Notes: generated by a model from the sequence alone, not told the origin. DNA of 64,000 nt from Antedon mediterranea (GCF_964355755.1 NC_092675.1:8551812-8615811); one strand, 5' to 3'; positions 38,801 to 53,800 are shown, counted from the stretch's first letter. Numbers and translations: made by a program.

Positions 38801-41800
38801 AATAGTTATTCACTTTCACAAAAAATTGGGTCTGAAAAAAAATTATTTACCTGAAAAAACTGTAATTTAAAGCAAAAAATGGTCAAATTGTCTGGAAGCC
38901 AATGAGTTTTTGGGTAATTTAACTGTTTATTTTGTCTTTTTATATGTGAAATAATTTTCCCCCGTTCTTTTTTCTTATGGAAGTGAACAACTTCATTAAA
39001 ACTGCATAATTGCCTATTCAAACTCGATTTTAAAAATCTTTATTTTTTATGATTTTGGGAGACAATACATCTTTAATTTTAAAATAAAGTATATACATTT
39101 TATAAAATTAATAAATAATATTAATAAGCCCCATTACTACAATTTTACTTAAGTAATAAGCAGGGCTCTATAAAAACCATTTTCCGATTTTTTAATATAG
39201 AATACATTATAATAATAATTATTACTGACGACGTAGATATTAAATTGTCAAGTATGAATACTGATCATATCTGATATTTTCAGGGGTCCCTGATATTATA
39301 AAATAGATTAATATGATAGCAATAGAGACGGAGGCATGCTCAGCCATAATAACTGAACCAATAACAAATGTCAAAGATTCGCGCGCTATCATCATTTATA
39401 GCTTCACCCTGTCTTGCCCTTTTCACGTTTAAACTCCGCCTTCTAATTTAAATGTTAAAACCGAGCCTACTCAAGCGTGGGACAAAATGTTTTAAAAAAC
39501 GTTTTGTCCCACGCTTGAGTAGGTTTGGCTAACAAAATTCATTTTGTCGCGACAAAATGAATTTTGTCTACACAGAATTAATTTTGTCTACACAGAATGA
39601 ATTTTGTCTACACAGAATAAATTTTGTCTACACAGAAAACATTTTGTCGCCACAAAATGAATTTTGTCATTACAGAATGAATTTTGTCTACACAGAATTA
39701 ATTTTGTCCACACAGAATTAGTTTTATCCACACAGAATTAATTTTGTCCACACAGAATGAATTTTGTCTACACAAAATGAATTTTGTCGTTACAGAATGA
39801 ATTTTGTCGCCACAAAATGAATTTTGTCGCCACAAAATGAATTTTGTCGTTACAGAATGAATTTTGTCTACACGGAATTAATTTTGTCAACACAGAATTA
39901 ATTTTGTCTACACAGAATGAATTTTGTTTACACAGAATTAATTTTCTCGAGACAAAATGAATTTTGTCCACACAGAATAAATTTTGTCAACACAAAATGA
40001 ATTTTGTATTGACAAAATTAATTATGTGTAGACAAAATTGTAATATTTCGACAATTTATTATCAGTGGGAGAATAGTTCAATTTACACAGTAAAATCTCT
40101 ATTATTTTATACACAATTGTTGTAAATAGAGAGGCATTTTTAACAAGAATATTTCTTACAAAAAACGCTGCTCGCTTATTGTTATTGCTAAGGTCAAGTC
40201 TGGGGGTCACTTCATCACGCCTAGATACTTCAAGTATCCTATTACAAACAAAAACTTCAATGGACTGTTTTGATAATAATTCAATGATTATCTGACAGCG
40301 AATTATATCATGGGACTCATAAATACCAGAATGCTTTGGGATTTGTCGTTAGACTCTTTTCTCAGCCGTTTTTGGATTCAACAGGTGGTACCAATAAATT
40401 ATAGTGGAGTTTCCATTTTAACAAAAATGTCAAAGTGTAGTACTATAAAGCTGCTTGATTTCATCTAATGAAAGAGTCATCTCGTGTGACGTAGCGGGCT
40501 AGAGCAGCAGCGTGAAAAACTATGAAAAATAAATGGTGTGGTAAAAAATGGTATTAGATGACAAAATATAGGTAATATAACATGAATTTTACGTTTCTAG
40601 TATATTCAATTTCAGTGTTTTATTTTCATGCTATAGAAAAAATTATCCACCGTATATCCACCATCTTTTTTCACCCTCTAGGGAGTCACCAGACATGTTA
40701 TTACATAGGTTAAACTACCTAACTGATAAAAAGTCTTCCTGGTTTTTATAGCAGAATTTTGCATTTGACCATTATAAGAGAAATTCATGTTTTTTTCAAT
40801 TTTTTATTTATGTACAATTAACCAGATATTATATTTAAGATTCATGCCTGTAAATGAGCATAACATAATTCTAAGAAATCTAAACAAATTAAGGGATTCA
40901 CAGAGGGACAGACAGGAGTGTCTGCAGGTTTAAGAAAGGTTTAAATTCCAACAGCATTCATGAAACAGTATGTGAATCAATGGATAAATAGGCCTACTGT
41001 ATGCACACACAAACAGGAAATAAGAACTAGACTTGAAGTCCTCGCTTTGATGAGTTAGTTTTCTGCAAAGCAAATGCCACATGCACGTTAGAAGATGTTA
41101 GAAAATGTGCACAGAAAATGATTATGCAATTATGACACCTGAAGAAAGTTGATTAGAAATTAATTTTTCGCATTTATAAATTTTTAATGCACGTGTGCGT
41201 AACTTTTGGTGAAACAATTGTAAAAGCAATTTTAACTCCACAGAAAGTTGGCCCTTGATGAAAATTACCAAGTGTAAAATAAAAAATGAATTTTAGTTTT
41301 TAATATACAAGTATGATGAATCATTGAAATTAATGAAATTGTGCGCAAGTTGGACTTCATTAAAAAATAGGCTTACAACTTCACGTGAATGTCTATGTTG
41401 ACAAAGTTATCATAATTCTTTATTCACCAAAGGCAAAACGGTATAAACAAATAGCTTTCGCTAGTCAATGGTTTACACCTGATTAACAAATATAATACTG
41501 TTCAGTGCAAACGATTTTGATAACATAATTATACAATAATGTAAAAAAAAAACCACAATAATGACAAAAAGAAAGAGGTGGGTCAGCATTAATCAGTATC
41601 TCGATAATAGTAGTTCAGTTATATTTTTTACGAAATGTTATGTTGTGACACATTTTAGAGAAATGCAACCAACAAAAAAGAATATTGAGGCAGAAAGATA
41701 CAGACAAACAAAAAGGATCCCATACAATAACATTAACAAGCCTGCCAGATAATTAATAATACAGAAAAAAAAAAGATGATGATTCCATACATTCACAAGT

Positions 41801-44800
41801 AGTTATCTGCCAAAGTGCGGATAACTAATAAAGGAAGACAAAGCCAAAGATTTAAATTCCTAAAATGTTTCACCACAAAAATAACAGGAAAATATCCTAC
41901 AATTTTCTAATGTAATATGTGTGGTTACGTTAGTGATTAGTGGTTGATTTTTGTTATTTAAATTGCGGTGTACAACTTGTTTTGTGTTCAAACGTACAAA
42001 CATACAGTATACAGTACTTCCAATACCAGTATTACATTGAAACATATCAAAGTTACTGTGTACATTGGATGTACTTTTGAAACCTATTTATAGCAGAGGT
42101 ACAAAATGAGTGTTAACTGTTAGTGGGTGATGATTTAATAAACACAAACCAATACAGTACATGTTTTTAATAGGGACCTGAAAGAATTCATGTTTCACCT
42201 TTAATGAAAAATGGCAAACTTCTTGAATACCGGTATGAAGATGTCAGGACAGTTTATGATGCCTTTTTAAGAGGCAAACGAATATCTGGTAAATAAAAAA
42301 AATGTTTCATTTTTATATTTATTCATTTACACATTATGATAATGAGCATTTTTAGTATTTCATTTCAAATAAATTGCCCTAAAATTTTATTTAAAACATG
42401 CTTAAGCCATTTTTTTTTGTACACAAACAATGCACTTATACACATAATCTGGATCGCACATTTTTTATTTGCTTTAACATTGACACAAACTTGATGATGT
42501 TCTGCACATATTAATATTCAAAGCAGAAGCTATGCACGTTGATAAGGCCATGCTTTCTTAATATGGATGAAGTTCATTATGATCCTAACTCTAACTAAAT
42601 CTATCTATTTTAAAAACTTTTACAATTCTACATTCTTCCTTAATGACATGAGATTGAGCTTCTGTTTATAAACATTCTAATAAATAATTGTGTCACATTT
42701 TCTCTGGTTTAAACCATGGCAGAAAACTGGTCCTAATGTTGAAAATGATTAATCAATATGTCATTTTTCTGAATTCAGGTAATGGTCCGTGTTATGGGAA
42801 ATCTACGAAATCAGGATTTGTGTGGACGTCATATAATGAGGTAATATATAATGATAGCGTTTCTTATATTTTCTGCCATACCTGTTCTTCTTTTTTGAGA
42901 GTTATGTACTAATGTACCATACCACTGTTTCATGCCAGTATAATCAGTGCCCAACATAGTGGTTTACTGGAATTCTGTGAGAAAACCTGAGAATTTGAGG
43001 AATGAGTGAGTGGTGAGCTGTGACCTCACGAGGTGAGCTGGTATCCTGGAGCTCACGGCGGTAAATTCATGTTTGTGGTTAAATCCATCCATTTCATAAA
43101 CTTTTCTGAGCCTCTTATTATACTCCCTATGTTATCTTTGGTAATGTTGCCATAACCCTCCCTCCATTCTATTAGCTTTCGGGCATGTGAAGCACCTATA
43201 CCAGATGCAATAGGTGTAGGTCTAACATGTCGCAGAAATTCATAGAAATTCATAGATTTCTATTTTGTTGTAGGCATATAATCTTGGGCAAGCACTTGCC
43301 AGTGGACTCTTTATTAAAGGTGTAGTTGCTGGCCAGGAAACATTTATAGGAATCTATGCCCAGAACAGACTTGAGGTATGCATAGTAAAACAAAAATAAA
43401 ATTATGTATACTTATTATTATACTTGTTATTTAAATGCTTCAAAATTTAGTCATCCATTAGGAGTGGTGATATCAGCAAAAACTTCATATACTTAAAATA
43501 TATTTTGGTTGTACTTCCACATTCTGCAATAATCTGCAATAAACAGAAAAAAAAACAGAATTGCTGACGTATCCCAAAGAATGTAAAAAATAGAGAGAAT
43601 AGAGGCATAGTTTTTTACAATATTAAAAAATATTCCACTTATATCACATATTTCTTCTTCGGTCATCGGATAAAAGTGCATTGAATTATTGTTTAGTTCT
43701 TTTAGGTAATCGCTATAATCTGTTGCTTGAAAAAGTAATTAAGTGCATTTGAAATATCTTGCAGTTGATCCAATGACTGACTATCAAAAGCATAAGATTT
43801 GTATTTTAACTGCCTGTGAACAAATAATCAACAAATCAATAACATACAACATTAAATATTAATTTCTTACAACAATATAAGGTTTATAATAAATTATAAA
43901 TATATAATGAGCAATACTATAAAAATCTCTATATTATGAATTCCGATGGGCGCAGTCGTTTTGGAATCTACTATTTTGACACATGACCATAGAGTGACCT
44001 GTCTACGTCACTTGACCTTAAGATGCTTGAACATGTTTGAGAGCATGAGAATGCACACAATGTAATACACTCACCTTGAAAAGCAGAGTTTAAAAAATTG
44101 CTACTGAAATCCAATTTGTTTGAAACAAAAAAACGTTCTTATTATGATACAGGTGATAAGAAGATTAACCAAATTCACACTAGAATCCGACTTGGTTTCA
44201 GGACAATCCAAATTGTACTTGTGGCTTTAATGTTGAGAATCCGCTTCATTTCTTATGTTACTGCCCTAATTATAATACACAAAGAGATATTCTACTTGTA
44301 AGCGCTAACTCAATTATTGAGGATATCTTAGCCAAGGATTTTTCTTTAACATTTAATTTTACATTTTTAAGTGAAATTTTTATTTTTGGTTCCGATCTTC
44401 TTTCGAATTGTGAAAATGCTTTATTATTTTATTATGTACAACAATTTCTTGTTAATTCTGGAAGATTTAATTGATGTTTCTGTTAGTTGTTTTAAAATGT
44501 TGTATTTGTTAATCTGAGGCGCCTTGAAGCTAAGATGGTTCCATCTTGTAAGGCGCCTCTGAATATACTGAATAAAAAAAAAAAAAAAAAAAAAAGCATA
44601 GATTAATGTCTAACTTCAAAACTAAGATAATTACGTTAGATTTCAATCAAATATTCTTAAGTCTGGCAATTAATGATCTCAAACAATTTACTTAAACTAA
44701 TACTAACATCAATAAAGATATACAAACATACTCAAAACAACCTTTTTTTGATTCGTGCCAAACTAAAGACTTAGCACTGCCACAGTTAAAAATGAAATTT

Positions 44801-47800
44801 TAAATTTAAATTATTTACATAGTGTGTTCATCATTTATTTAGTGGGGTATATCTGATGTAGCATGTCTGATGTACAGCATGGTATCGGTTCCTTTGTATG
44901 ACACATTAGGACCTGAAGCTTGTTCCTACATTGTCAATAAAGGTATGCTTGCCAGTCTGCATCATAGACTTCTAATTATGTAGAAGTGTATAAATGCTAT
45001 TAAATGTCATGCAATAGTATGTACTATTTTAAGGATTGTTAAATAGTCCTTTTTGTAATTGTTTGTGTATGAAAAAAAATCTTGCACTGAAAAAAATCAC
45101 TACAGAGTAGGTGTTTTTATAAAATCAAAAAAAATATAATATTTAATATATTACAAAAACCAAATATATACTCATACAGTACCTTATTTGTATACTATTC
45201 TATAATTCTAATAGCAAACATTGCAACTGTCATTATTGACACTGAAGAACGAGCTCGGAAGTTTCTGCAGAACGTTTTGGAGATGAAATGTCTGAAGAGG
45301 ATTATAATGTTGGAACATATTTCACAAGATTTGAAGATAATAGCTGAGAATGGACAAGTTGAAATTTTGAAGTTTTATGATGTTATAGTAAGATTGTTTA
45401 TTTATTTACATCACAATGATCTTACCAAGTTTCACATACTAGTGTGTAAAAATTATTCAGTTGAGGTTTTTAATCGTAAATCAAAACATCATGCACACGT
45501 AAGAGGTCAATATCTTCTGACCAAGTTATGCAATTTTCTGTCCAAAAGATTTAGAGATACTGCTGCAACAAAAATCTTGGAAAGAAAGAATCAAGACTAG
45601 ATTTGAACTCATCATAGTGACGAGACCGTTATCCGCGCAGCACAACATGCACATATGTTAAAATTATGAAGGCTCAAATTTATTATGAAATGAAGTAAAT
45701 ATGTTTTCAGAGTGCTGAATCGTTTTTTTGTGTCATACAATACAGCATAGAAGAAATTACAAGACCCATTCCAATTTTTAACATGATCACTTCATCAAAA
45801 TGAAACATGAAGATAGAGATTTCAAAAGATGATTGTCTGAGTCAAATCATATTAAACTTAGATGATGGTTTGCGTGCACGTACAAATTAGATGCGCGCTC
45901 TTTTAAACGTCATGAATTTTTACGAAAAAGATTAACATCTGACTTTTTAAATTTAACTGGCCATATGATGACGTCGCGACATCTGATAGACACAATTTAA
46001 CAGCTTCCATAATAGTTTATATCAAAAATTGCTCCATTGATGCATACTTTTGAAAGAAATAGGTGAACTATAAAATCGTGCATACCTTATACTGCGCGAC
46101 TCTTGTGTCATAAAACAAAGTTTCCTGAACATTTGTTGACAAGTATTTGGAGATACAGCTGCAAAAAAAAATGGGGGGGGGGGGGAAAAGGAGAATAAGA
46201 TAAGATAAAAAAAGATTCTGACAATCAATAAACAATTCTTTATTTATTTATACCTTATACTTAATGTATGTTTTTTCTTTTTAGAATCTAGGAATGACTG
46301 ATTTACAAGAACCAGTGGTAAATTATTTTAATTTTTTTATTATTTACAATAGTTATAAACTTTTTATTAAAAATGTTTTTAAATAGTTCTTATGAGTGAT
46401 CAATGCTTACTAAACCCACTTTTATATGTTCAATAGCGAGGATCACAATGACAATTTGGTTGGACGTTGGCATAGGCTTACACTGGTAGCTGTATTGTTG
46501 AGAGCGAAATACATCTTTAGTAGAAAACAGTGGCATAATGCACAGGATATAGGCCCCTGGTTTAGCACTCCTATCCAGTGCTGGATAGTTGCATTGGACT
46601 GCTTATGCTCTGTGGCATTTGTCTTTCCTTCTTCAATAGACATAGGGTCTTAATTTTCAACTAAAAATATTATCAGATCAGCCTATTTTTCTATTTTGAA
46701 TAATCCGTCTGTCTGAGTGCTCGCCCAGCCACCCTGCAAAAAGTGAATCCATACTCATTGGATCCCATTGTCATGGATGTATTTTAAAGACATTTAATGA
46801 GTACAATATCAAAATGGTTTGTTTCTAGGCGATTATGTTCCATCCGTCTACTTTATTATAATTATCAAATGTTCATTGAACATAGAGGGCGGTATATATA
46901 TAATATGCTTTATCATGACATCTTCCTAAAGAACAGAATATTAACTAAGTTAAACTGTAAACCTACATTACACTGGCTGATCACAGTAGGAGGTTAAGTC
47001 TTTTGTAGGTGAAAGAAAACCTTCGACAGAGTTTGGCATGAGGCAATATGGGCAACAATGAACGAATACAACATTAGATAGAAGCGGATCCACACCATTG
47101 AGAACCACCAAGGTCAGCAACTTAGTACTGGTTGGGAAATTGTTTCATACATCAGTTTACCCCAAGGTTGTCTACTTTCGCTTACACTCTTCTGAGTTTC
47201 TGAGGAAATGTCAGTTCTGTTTTGCAGCTAACATTGACTGAGTAGACAGTAGTGAAGGGACTTGCCTTGATGATAAACCTGGACAGTAACGTAGTAGTGT
47301 AGTCGTCGTTAAGAGCAGACGTGTCCTAAATCGCTCTCTCTAGCCTCACTACATTCAGCCTCACTACGCGGTGACAGTTCAAATTTCCCGCAGGACAGTT
47401 GTTGTGTTAGGGCACTCCTTTAGCCTAGCATTTACTTGTCGGTGTTTGTCTGCTGTACATGTACGTATTAATACACCATCATGACCGGAAAGAATACAAG
47501 GAAAGGTGGCAAAAAGGACAGCGGTAAGGAGTGTTGCGAACTGAACACTGATACAGCACCTATCATTGATGTGGAACCGCTTACTATTACTGTACAAAAT
47601 GAAATTTCCAATATAATTAAAGGAAATACGAGTATTTTCAATGACCTAGCCGAGAAAATTGCGAGCATTGTTAAACACCAGCTGATTGAAAGCATTACAC
47701 AAATTGTAACGGATGCAGCAATTGAAGCAATACGTTTCGAACTTGACGATACTAAAGATCGTCTCAGCAAAGTAGAACAACAGGTAGAGAACTTACAAAA

Positions 47801-50800
47801 TGAGCTAGATGAAGCAGAACAATATTCAAGAAGGAACGTTGTTTGATTATTCAAGGAATAGAAGAGAAACAAGGTGAGATAGCAGACAATATAGTTTTGG
47901 ATTTGTTTAAGAAAAAGCTAAGCGTAGAAGTAGATAAAACATGCATAGACAGGAGTCATAGATTGGGGCCAAAAGTTAAGAAAAACGGAAGAGCAAGAGG
48001 AATAATAGTAAAGTTTAGTTCGTATAATGTTAGAAATGAAGTATATAGAGCAAAGAAAAAATTAAAGGGGAGCCATATCTACATTCATGAAAACCTTACG
48101 AGCAAAAGATCAAGTTTACTACGTACTGTAAAGCAAAACTATGCATCAGTGGTATCTGCAGTTTGTACACAAGATGGTCGCATACATACCATAATCACTG
48201 GCAGTAACGAGAAAGTTGTTTTATCCAGAACTTCCGATCTTAAACAATTACCTAAATGTAAAAGGTAATGTGTAATAGAATTTTAAATGTCCTAAATTTG
48301 TATTGTATTTTATGTAGATAAGATGATTTTAGATTTTATTTGTAACGCATGTAATAAACCATTTAAACCAATTCAATTATTAAACGAACATCGTACGGGA
48401 AGCCTTTTAGACAACGACGTAGACGACGCTGAATTACGTAACGACTCTATTGTTTATCCTGCTTTTGGCATACTATGCAAATTATGCGAGATTGATTGTA
48501 CAAAGGGTTTTAAAATTGGTCATTTAAATGTCAGAAGTCTCTATAATAAGGTGGACCATGTTCGGAGTTTACTTTCGGAATGCCGTTTCCATGTTTTAGG
48601 AATTAGTGAAACCTGGCTAGATCAAAATATACATAATAGTGAACTTGCAATCCCAGGATACCTATTAGTTAGAACAGACAGAAATAGACACGGAGGTGGG
48701 GTGGCTATCTATGTAAACGAAAATGTTGATTTTGATGTCATTGACTTTGGTGAAAATACAATTGAATCGGTATGGATAAAAATTAAGCCGGTTAACACTA
48801 AACCGTTCGTTATAGGTAATGTTTATAGACCACCAAATTCGTGTACTGGATTTGTTGATATAATGCATGATCAAATATCTTTTATACTAGATAGTATAAG
48901 AGAGATTATTGTTGTTGGTGACTTAAATTGGAATATATTTGATAAACAGCATTCTCGGAATATTAAAACCCTCCACCAAATTTTCCAATTAAACCAGTAT
49001 ATTAAAACTCCAACGCGCGTAACGGAAAACAGTAGTAGTTGTATTGATTTAATTTTTTCAAATAGGGATGACTTTATAAGCAAAACTGGAGTTGTACCAA
49101 TTGGAATTAGCGATCACTCATTGATATATGCAATACGTAAAAAAATTAAAATAAAATTGCCCCCGCGTATTTTACATACGAGAACCTTCCGGAAATTTAA
49201 CAAAGATTTGTTTATTTCTGATCTTGCATCTGCTCCGTGGAGTATTTGTGAGGCGTCCGAGGATGCTGACGAGGCTTGGGACATTTGGAAACACATTTTT
49301 ACTGATATTTGTGATATTCATGCTCCTATGGTGACGGTCAGGAGGAAGGGAACTGATATTCCATGGCTTACAGACGAATTTGTTTCCCTTTCTCGTGACC
49401 GTGATTATTTAAAACAAAAAGCCGAAAAAACTAAGAACATAGATGATTGGAATTCTTACAAAAAGGCAAGAAATAAATTAAATAATTTGTCTAAATCACT
49501 AAAACGCGACTATATAAATAATAAATTAAAGGATAATGTTAATGACACTAAAACATTATGGAAAACCATGAAAGACTTTTTACCCAATAAAAAGAAACAA
49601 ACTAAAACAACTCTCAATGTAAACGGTAATGAAATAAACAATCCAACTGATATTGCTAATCATTTTAATAAATATTTTTGTTCAATTTCTAACGAACTTG
49701 CATCCCATTTTAATGACAACCAAAACGATATTACCGTTGAATCGTTATCACAATTTCAACAACGTTTCAACTTTAAAGATATTAATGGAAATGAAATTGA
49801 AGCTTTGTTGGAAAAGTTAGAAATTGGAAAAGCTACTGGAATTGATGGGATTTCCGCTAGGTTACTTAAAATTGCATCTTCACAAATTTCTCAAAGTCTT
49901 GCCTTTTTGTTTACCTGGTCATTAAGATCTGGTGTTATTCCAAGTGAATGGAAATGTGCTAAGGTTACTCCGCTTTATAAAGGAGGGTGTAAACATGAAC
50001 TTAACAACTACCGTCCAATATCTGTTATACCTATTGTTATGAAAGTTTTTGAAAGATGCATCCATAATCAAGTTATGAATCATATAAATGAGTTTAATTT
50101 ATTATGTAAAAATCAATCTGGTTTTAGGTCGTTACATTCAACTTCTACTACACTGATAGATGTATGCAATTATATATATAGAAATATTGATAATGGCTTG
50201 GTAACTGGAGCAATTTTTCTTGACCTAAAAAAGGCGTTTGATACGGTAGACCACGATATTTTATTACGTAAATTATGCACCTTTGGAATGATAAACACTG
50301 AGCTTGCATGGTTCAGTAATTATTTAAAAAATCGCAAACAATTTGTTAATTTTAATGGAAAAAAATCTGAAATTTTAGGCTCAATTCTTGGCCCTTTGTT
50401 GTTTATTTTATACATAAATGACTTACATGACAGTGTTGATGGGATTTGTAAAACAGTCCTCTATGCAGACGACACTGCGCTTTTTTATGCATGTAAATCA
50501 AATGAAGAGCTTACAACAGTTTTAACTGAACAGTTGGAAAATGTAAAACAATGGTTAGATAAACATAAATTAACTCTAAACATTGATAAAACCAAATACA
50601 TGCTTTTTGGTACTCATGCACGTGTTAATAAAACAACAGATGAAACAGTAATTTTTGATAACATTCCGATTGAGAAAGTTGAAACGTTTAAATATTTGGG
50701 ACTTACATTTGATGAACAACTCTCATGGAAAGTACATATTGATTCTATATGTGCAAAACTATCAAAAATTCTACATCTATTTTATAGATTGAAAAGTTTT

Positions 50801-53800
50801 ACATCTCCTAAAATTATTAAAAGATTATACAATGCTCTATTTTTATCACATATTGACTATTGTTCAACAGTCTGGGGTACTGGTTCAAACGCCCATATTT
50901 TAAAATTGCAAAGGGTACAAAATAGAGCTGCGCGATTAATACTAGGTGCTGATATTCGAACTCCTGTTAGACAAATGCATTATGATTTAGGTTGGCTAAC
51001 AATTAAGACAAGAATTGAATATCATACAATTTGTACAATATTTAGATGTTTACAAGAATCTGTACCTTCATACTTATGGATGTTTTGCAATATATTAGTA
51101 GTGTACACAATATTCAAACCAGAAACTATGAAAATAATCTGTTGTATTTGCCCAGATGTAACCTCGAAATATACAAACGTAGTTTTGTTTATTATGGAAG
51201 TTCACTCTGGAATGGCCTACCTTATGAATTAAGAAAACAAAACAATTATAACCGTTTTAAATCACTTGTTAAGATTCATTTATTGTTGCCGGTGGTCTAG
51301 GATGGTTCCAGTGAAATATATTTAAATATGGTATAAAAGTTATAATAATAATGAGAACATGCATTGAAGTTTAGTTTTAGTTTAAGTTTTAGTTTAAGTT
51401 TAGTTTAAGTTGTTTTCAAATTTTGTTTAAATGTGCCGTAGGGCCCCTCGGAAGAGCAGTTTTATTTTTACTGAGAGGGCTACCCTACTGAAAGAAAACG
51501 AAATAAATAAATAAATAAATAAACGTCCTCTAGGTGTGGCATAGAAATCAGTTCCGAAAACAAAGATCATATAAATAGTGAAAGGAAGGCCAATCTCAAC
51601 CAAGATCGAAGTAACCGGGAATACGCTTGGTTCATATAAGTTCATATATCTTGGTTCAACCATCAAAGAAGACGTGCTCAAGAACAGAAGTAATTGCAAG
51701 AGCACAACAACCAACCATTGCTGTTGCAAAGCTAACAATTATTTGGAGAGACAAAAGCCTTAGTAACAAAATAAAATCTGGTTACTCTGCACAGTGGCCA
51801 CCTCAATTTTCCTGTATGTATGCGAGTCTCGGACATTAACAGCCAAACTTCACATATCTAGACTGCATGTCACTAATGCTGCAGTGCAACATTATCAGGC
51901 TAGATGTTGGCATTGTAAGGGTGCCATATATAATCCATAATTGGCCTATTTCAGTTGATTTGTATATTTCAGCTAAGTAGCTCATCCAGAATGGCAAGAG
52001 GTATATGGTTGATCGCGTGTGTTTGTTTGTTTCTGTTAGTTAGCAGGATTACTCAAGTTATTGGCAGATCTTTACCAAACCACAGATAGACATGTGGTCA
52101 GGAACAACTCCCATTACATTTTGAAGGCAATCCGGACCAGGATCCCAATTATTGACAATTGTTCACTACCTCCCTCCCATCTTGATGCATAAACTATGTA
52201 TTGTAATATCTCAATTAATTGTCATGAAAATCAATGAGCAGAAAGAAACCACAAATATTTCCAACTTAAAGTAATACTGCAGAAATATAAAACTTTCACA
52301 TTGTCTTCTTGTTATACTGATTTTCTGTATGTTTGTTTTCACAGCCACCAAAACCTTCTGATCTACATACTATATGTAACACTAGTGGTACAACAGGTAA
52401 CTGCTATGATATTGAATAACTGCATACAGTAATTTATCCAAAACTAGTGTTCATTTGAAGAAAAGTTTTCTTTCAACGTGTGGACAAATTTCAATGTATA
52501 TCCAACCTATGTCGGCTACACTGCATTCATGAATACAAAACCATTATATGCGATCATCTAAAATAATATGGTTTAAAGATGTTTCATTTTCACGACACCC
52601 TGCACGGCTATGTGCCAATCCAAACGAAACATTGATGTTTATTTTGATGTTGGCTGTTGCCGGACCGGAACAGGTGGGAAACTTAAAGACCCTTAATAAC
52701 CAGTGAAATATAATATATATAGGAAAGTTGTGAACCCTATACTGAATATATTCAGCAAACATCATTTTAGTAGGAGCAGTTAACAATTTATGTAGAAATT
52801 ATTATTATAATTTGTTTAGTTTATTTTATTTAATCTTAGGAAATCCAAAGGGTGTTATGCTTACTCACAGCAATATAATAGCTACTGCAGCATCATTCCA
52901 AGAAATCGTAGAAGTGCCTGTAAGTTCTGGAAATATTGATATTCATTTCAACTACTACAAAGTGTGATGTTTTGTTAAGAACACATTGTGAAACAAATTC
53001 GCAACAGGAATTCTCAAGCTTTTAAATCTAACCCTAATCATCATCTCAAGCTTTTATTGTAAAGCACCTTTTCTATACTATGATACTGTAGGTAAAATGC
53101 AAATCTCAACTTGATATATAGGTAGTAATTATTATGTTAAAACTATTACATCTATTTACTTATAATGGTCTTTTCACATCTGCAAAAGTTGTAACCAGGT
53201 TTTCGTAGTGTGTATAAAATGTTGTGGAAAATAAAGTCTAGTTTCCAAACACAATCCACAATACATTAGTACAGTAGTGCTAGCAAATGCTAAATGTATT
53301 ATTTATGTCAACATGCAGCCGGAAGACATGTTTAATAAGCAAACAACACTGCTGTCATACCTTCCACTGGCTCATATGTATGAAAGATTAAACCATGTGA
53401 GTATTTAATACTAATATATTTTTTTTCAATTGATGTTTCCATACTTATGCTCATTAATGGATTGTTACTAATACAACAATTACATAACTTCAACTGTATA
53501 GTATAGCTACACATGAGGGGCTTATAGGCATAGCCTAGCCTCAACTCCGGACCCAGCAAATGCTGAGCTCCGGAAACAAATAAGTAAATATGTGTTCAAG
53601 TTAAAACACTATCTTTTTAATTGCCAATTTCTGTTATAATAGCTAGTTAGAAAGAAATAGTTTTAATGTTTGATAAACTAAAGCATGTGAACTGTACACA
53701 AAATATGCATATACTGTACATATAAATGTCTATGTTTATTAGTTGATGCTTTTAATGCATGGTGGAAAAATTGGATTTTATTCTGGTGATGTAAAGACAA

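Larger units (their letters stand above)
36888..40054. mobile_element. ~3.2-kb foldback-type element with long inverted arms made of 21-bp tandem subrepeats
   Basis: Left arm 36888-37260, (TGTGTAGACAAAATTCATTC)n, is the reverse complement of right arm 39435-40054. Unique outer ends (TTGTCGAAATATTACAATTTTG) and inner ends (AACATTTAAATTAGAAGGCGG) also match in inverted orientation. Confidence 0.85.
47293..51521 (+). mobile_element. Near full-length CR1/L2-group LINE (5' UTR, ORF1, ORF2, 3' UTR, (AAAT)n tail)
   Basis: Two-ORF structure, 5' AAGAGCAGACGTG, (AAAT)n tail, and AACGT duplicated at 47288-47292 and 51522-51526. Lies in ACSL intron 7, sense orientation. Confidence 0.95.
47005..51900 (+). 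mobile_element. Old RTE-clade LINE RT remnant, split into 47005-47292 and 51527-51900 by a younger LINE
   Basis: Left part [29 protein letters not shown] (decayed FADDID). Right part GIEISSE(K)[28 protein letters not shown]. The order is colinear with RTE RT. Confidence 0.7.

Noticed and set aside
39768-39971. Repetitive ORF (also 37160-37351 and the 5' part of 59833-60150)
   Set aside because: Translations of 21-22-bp minisatellite units.
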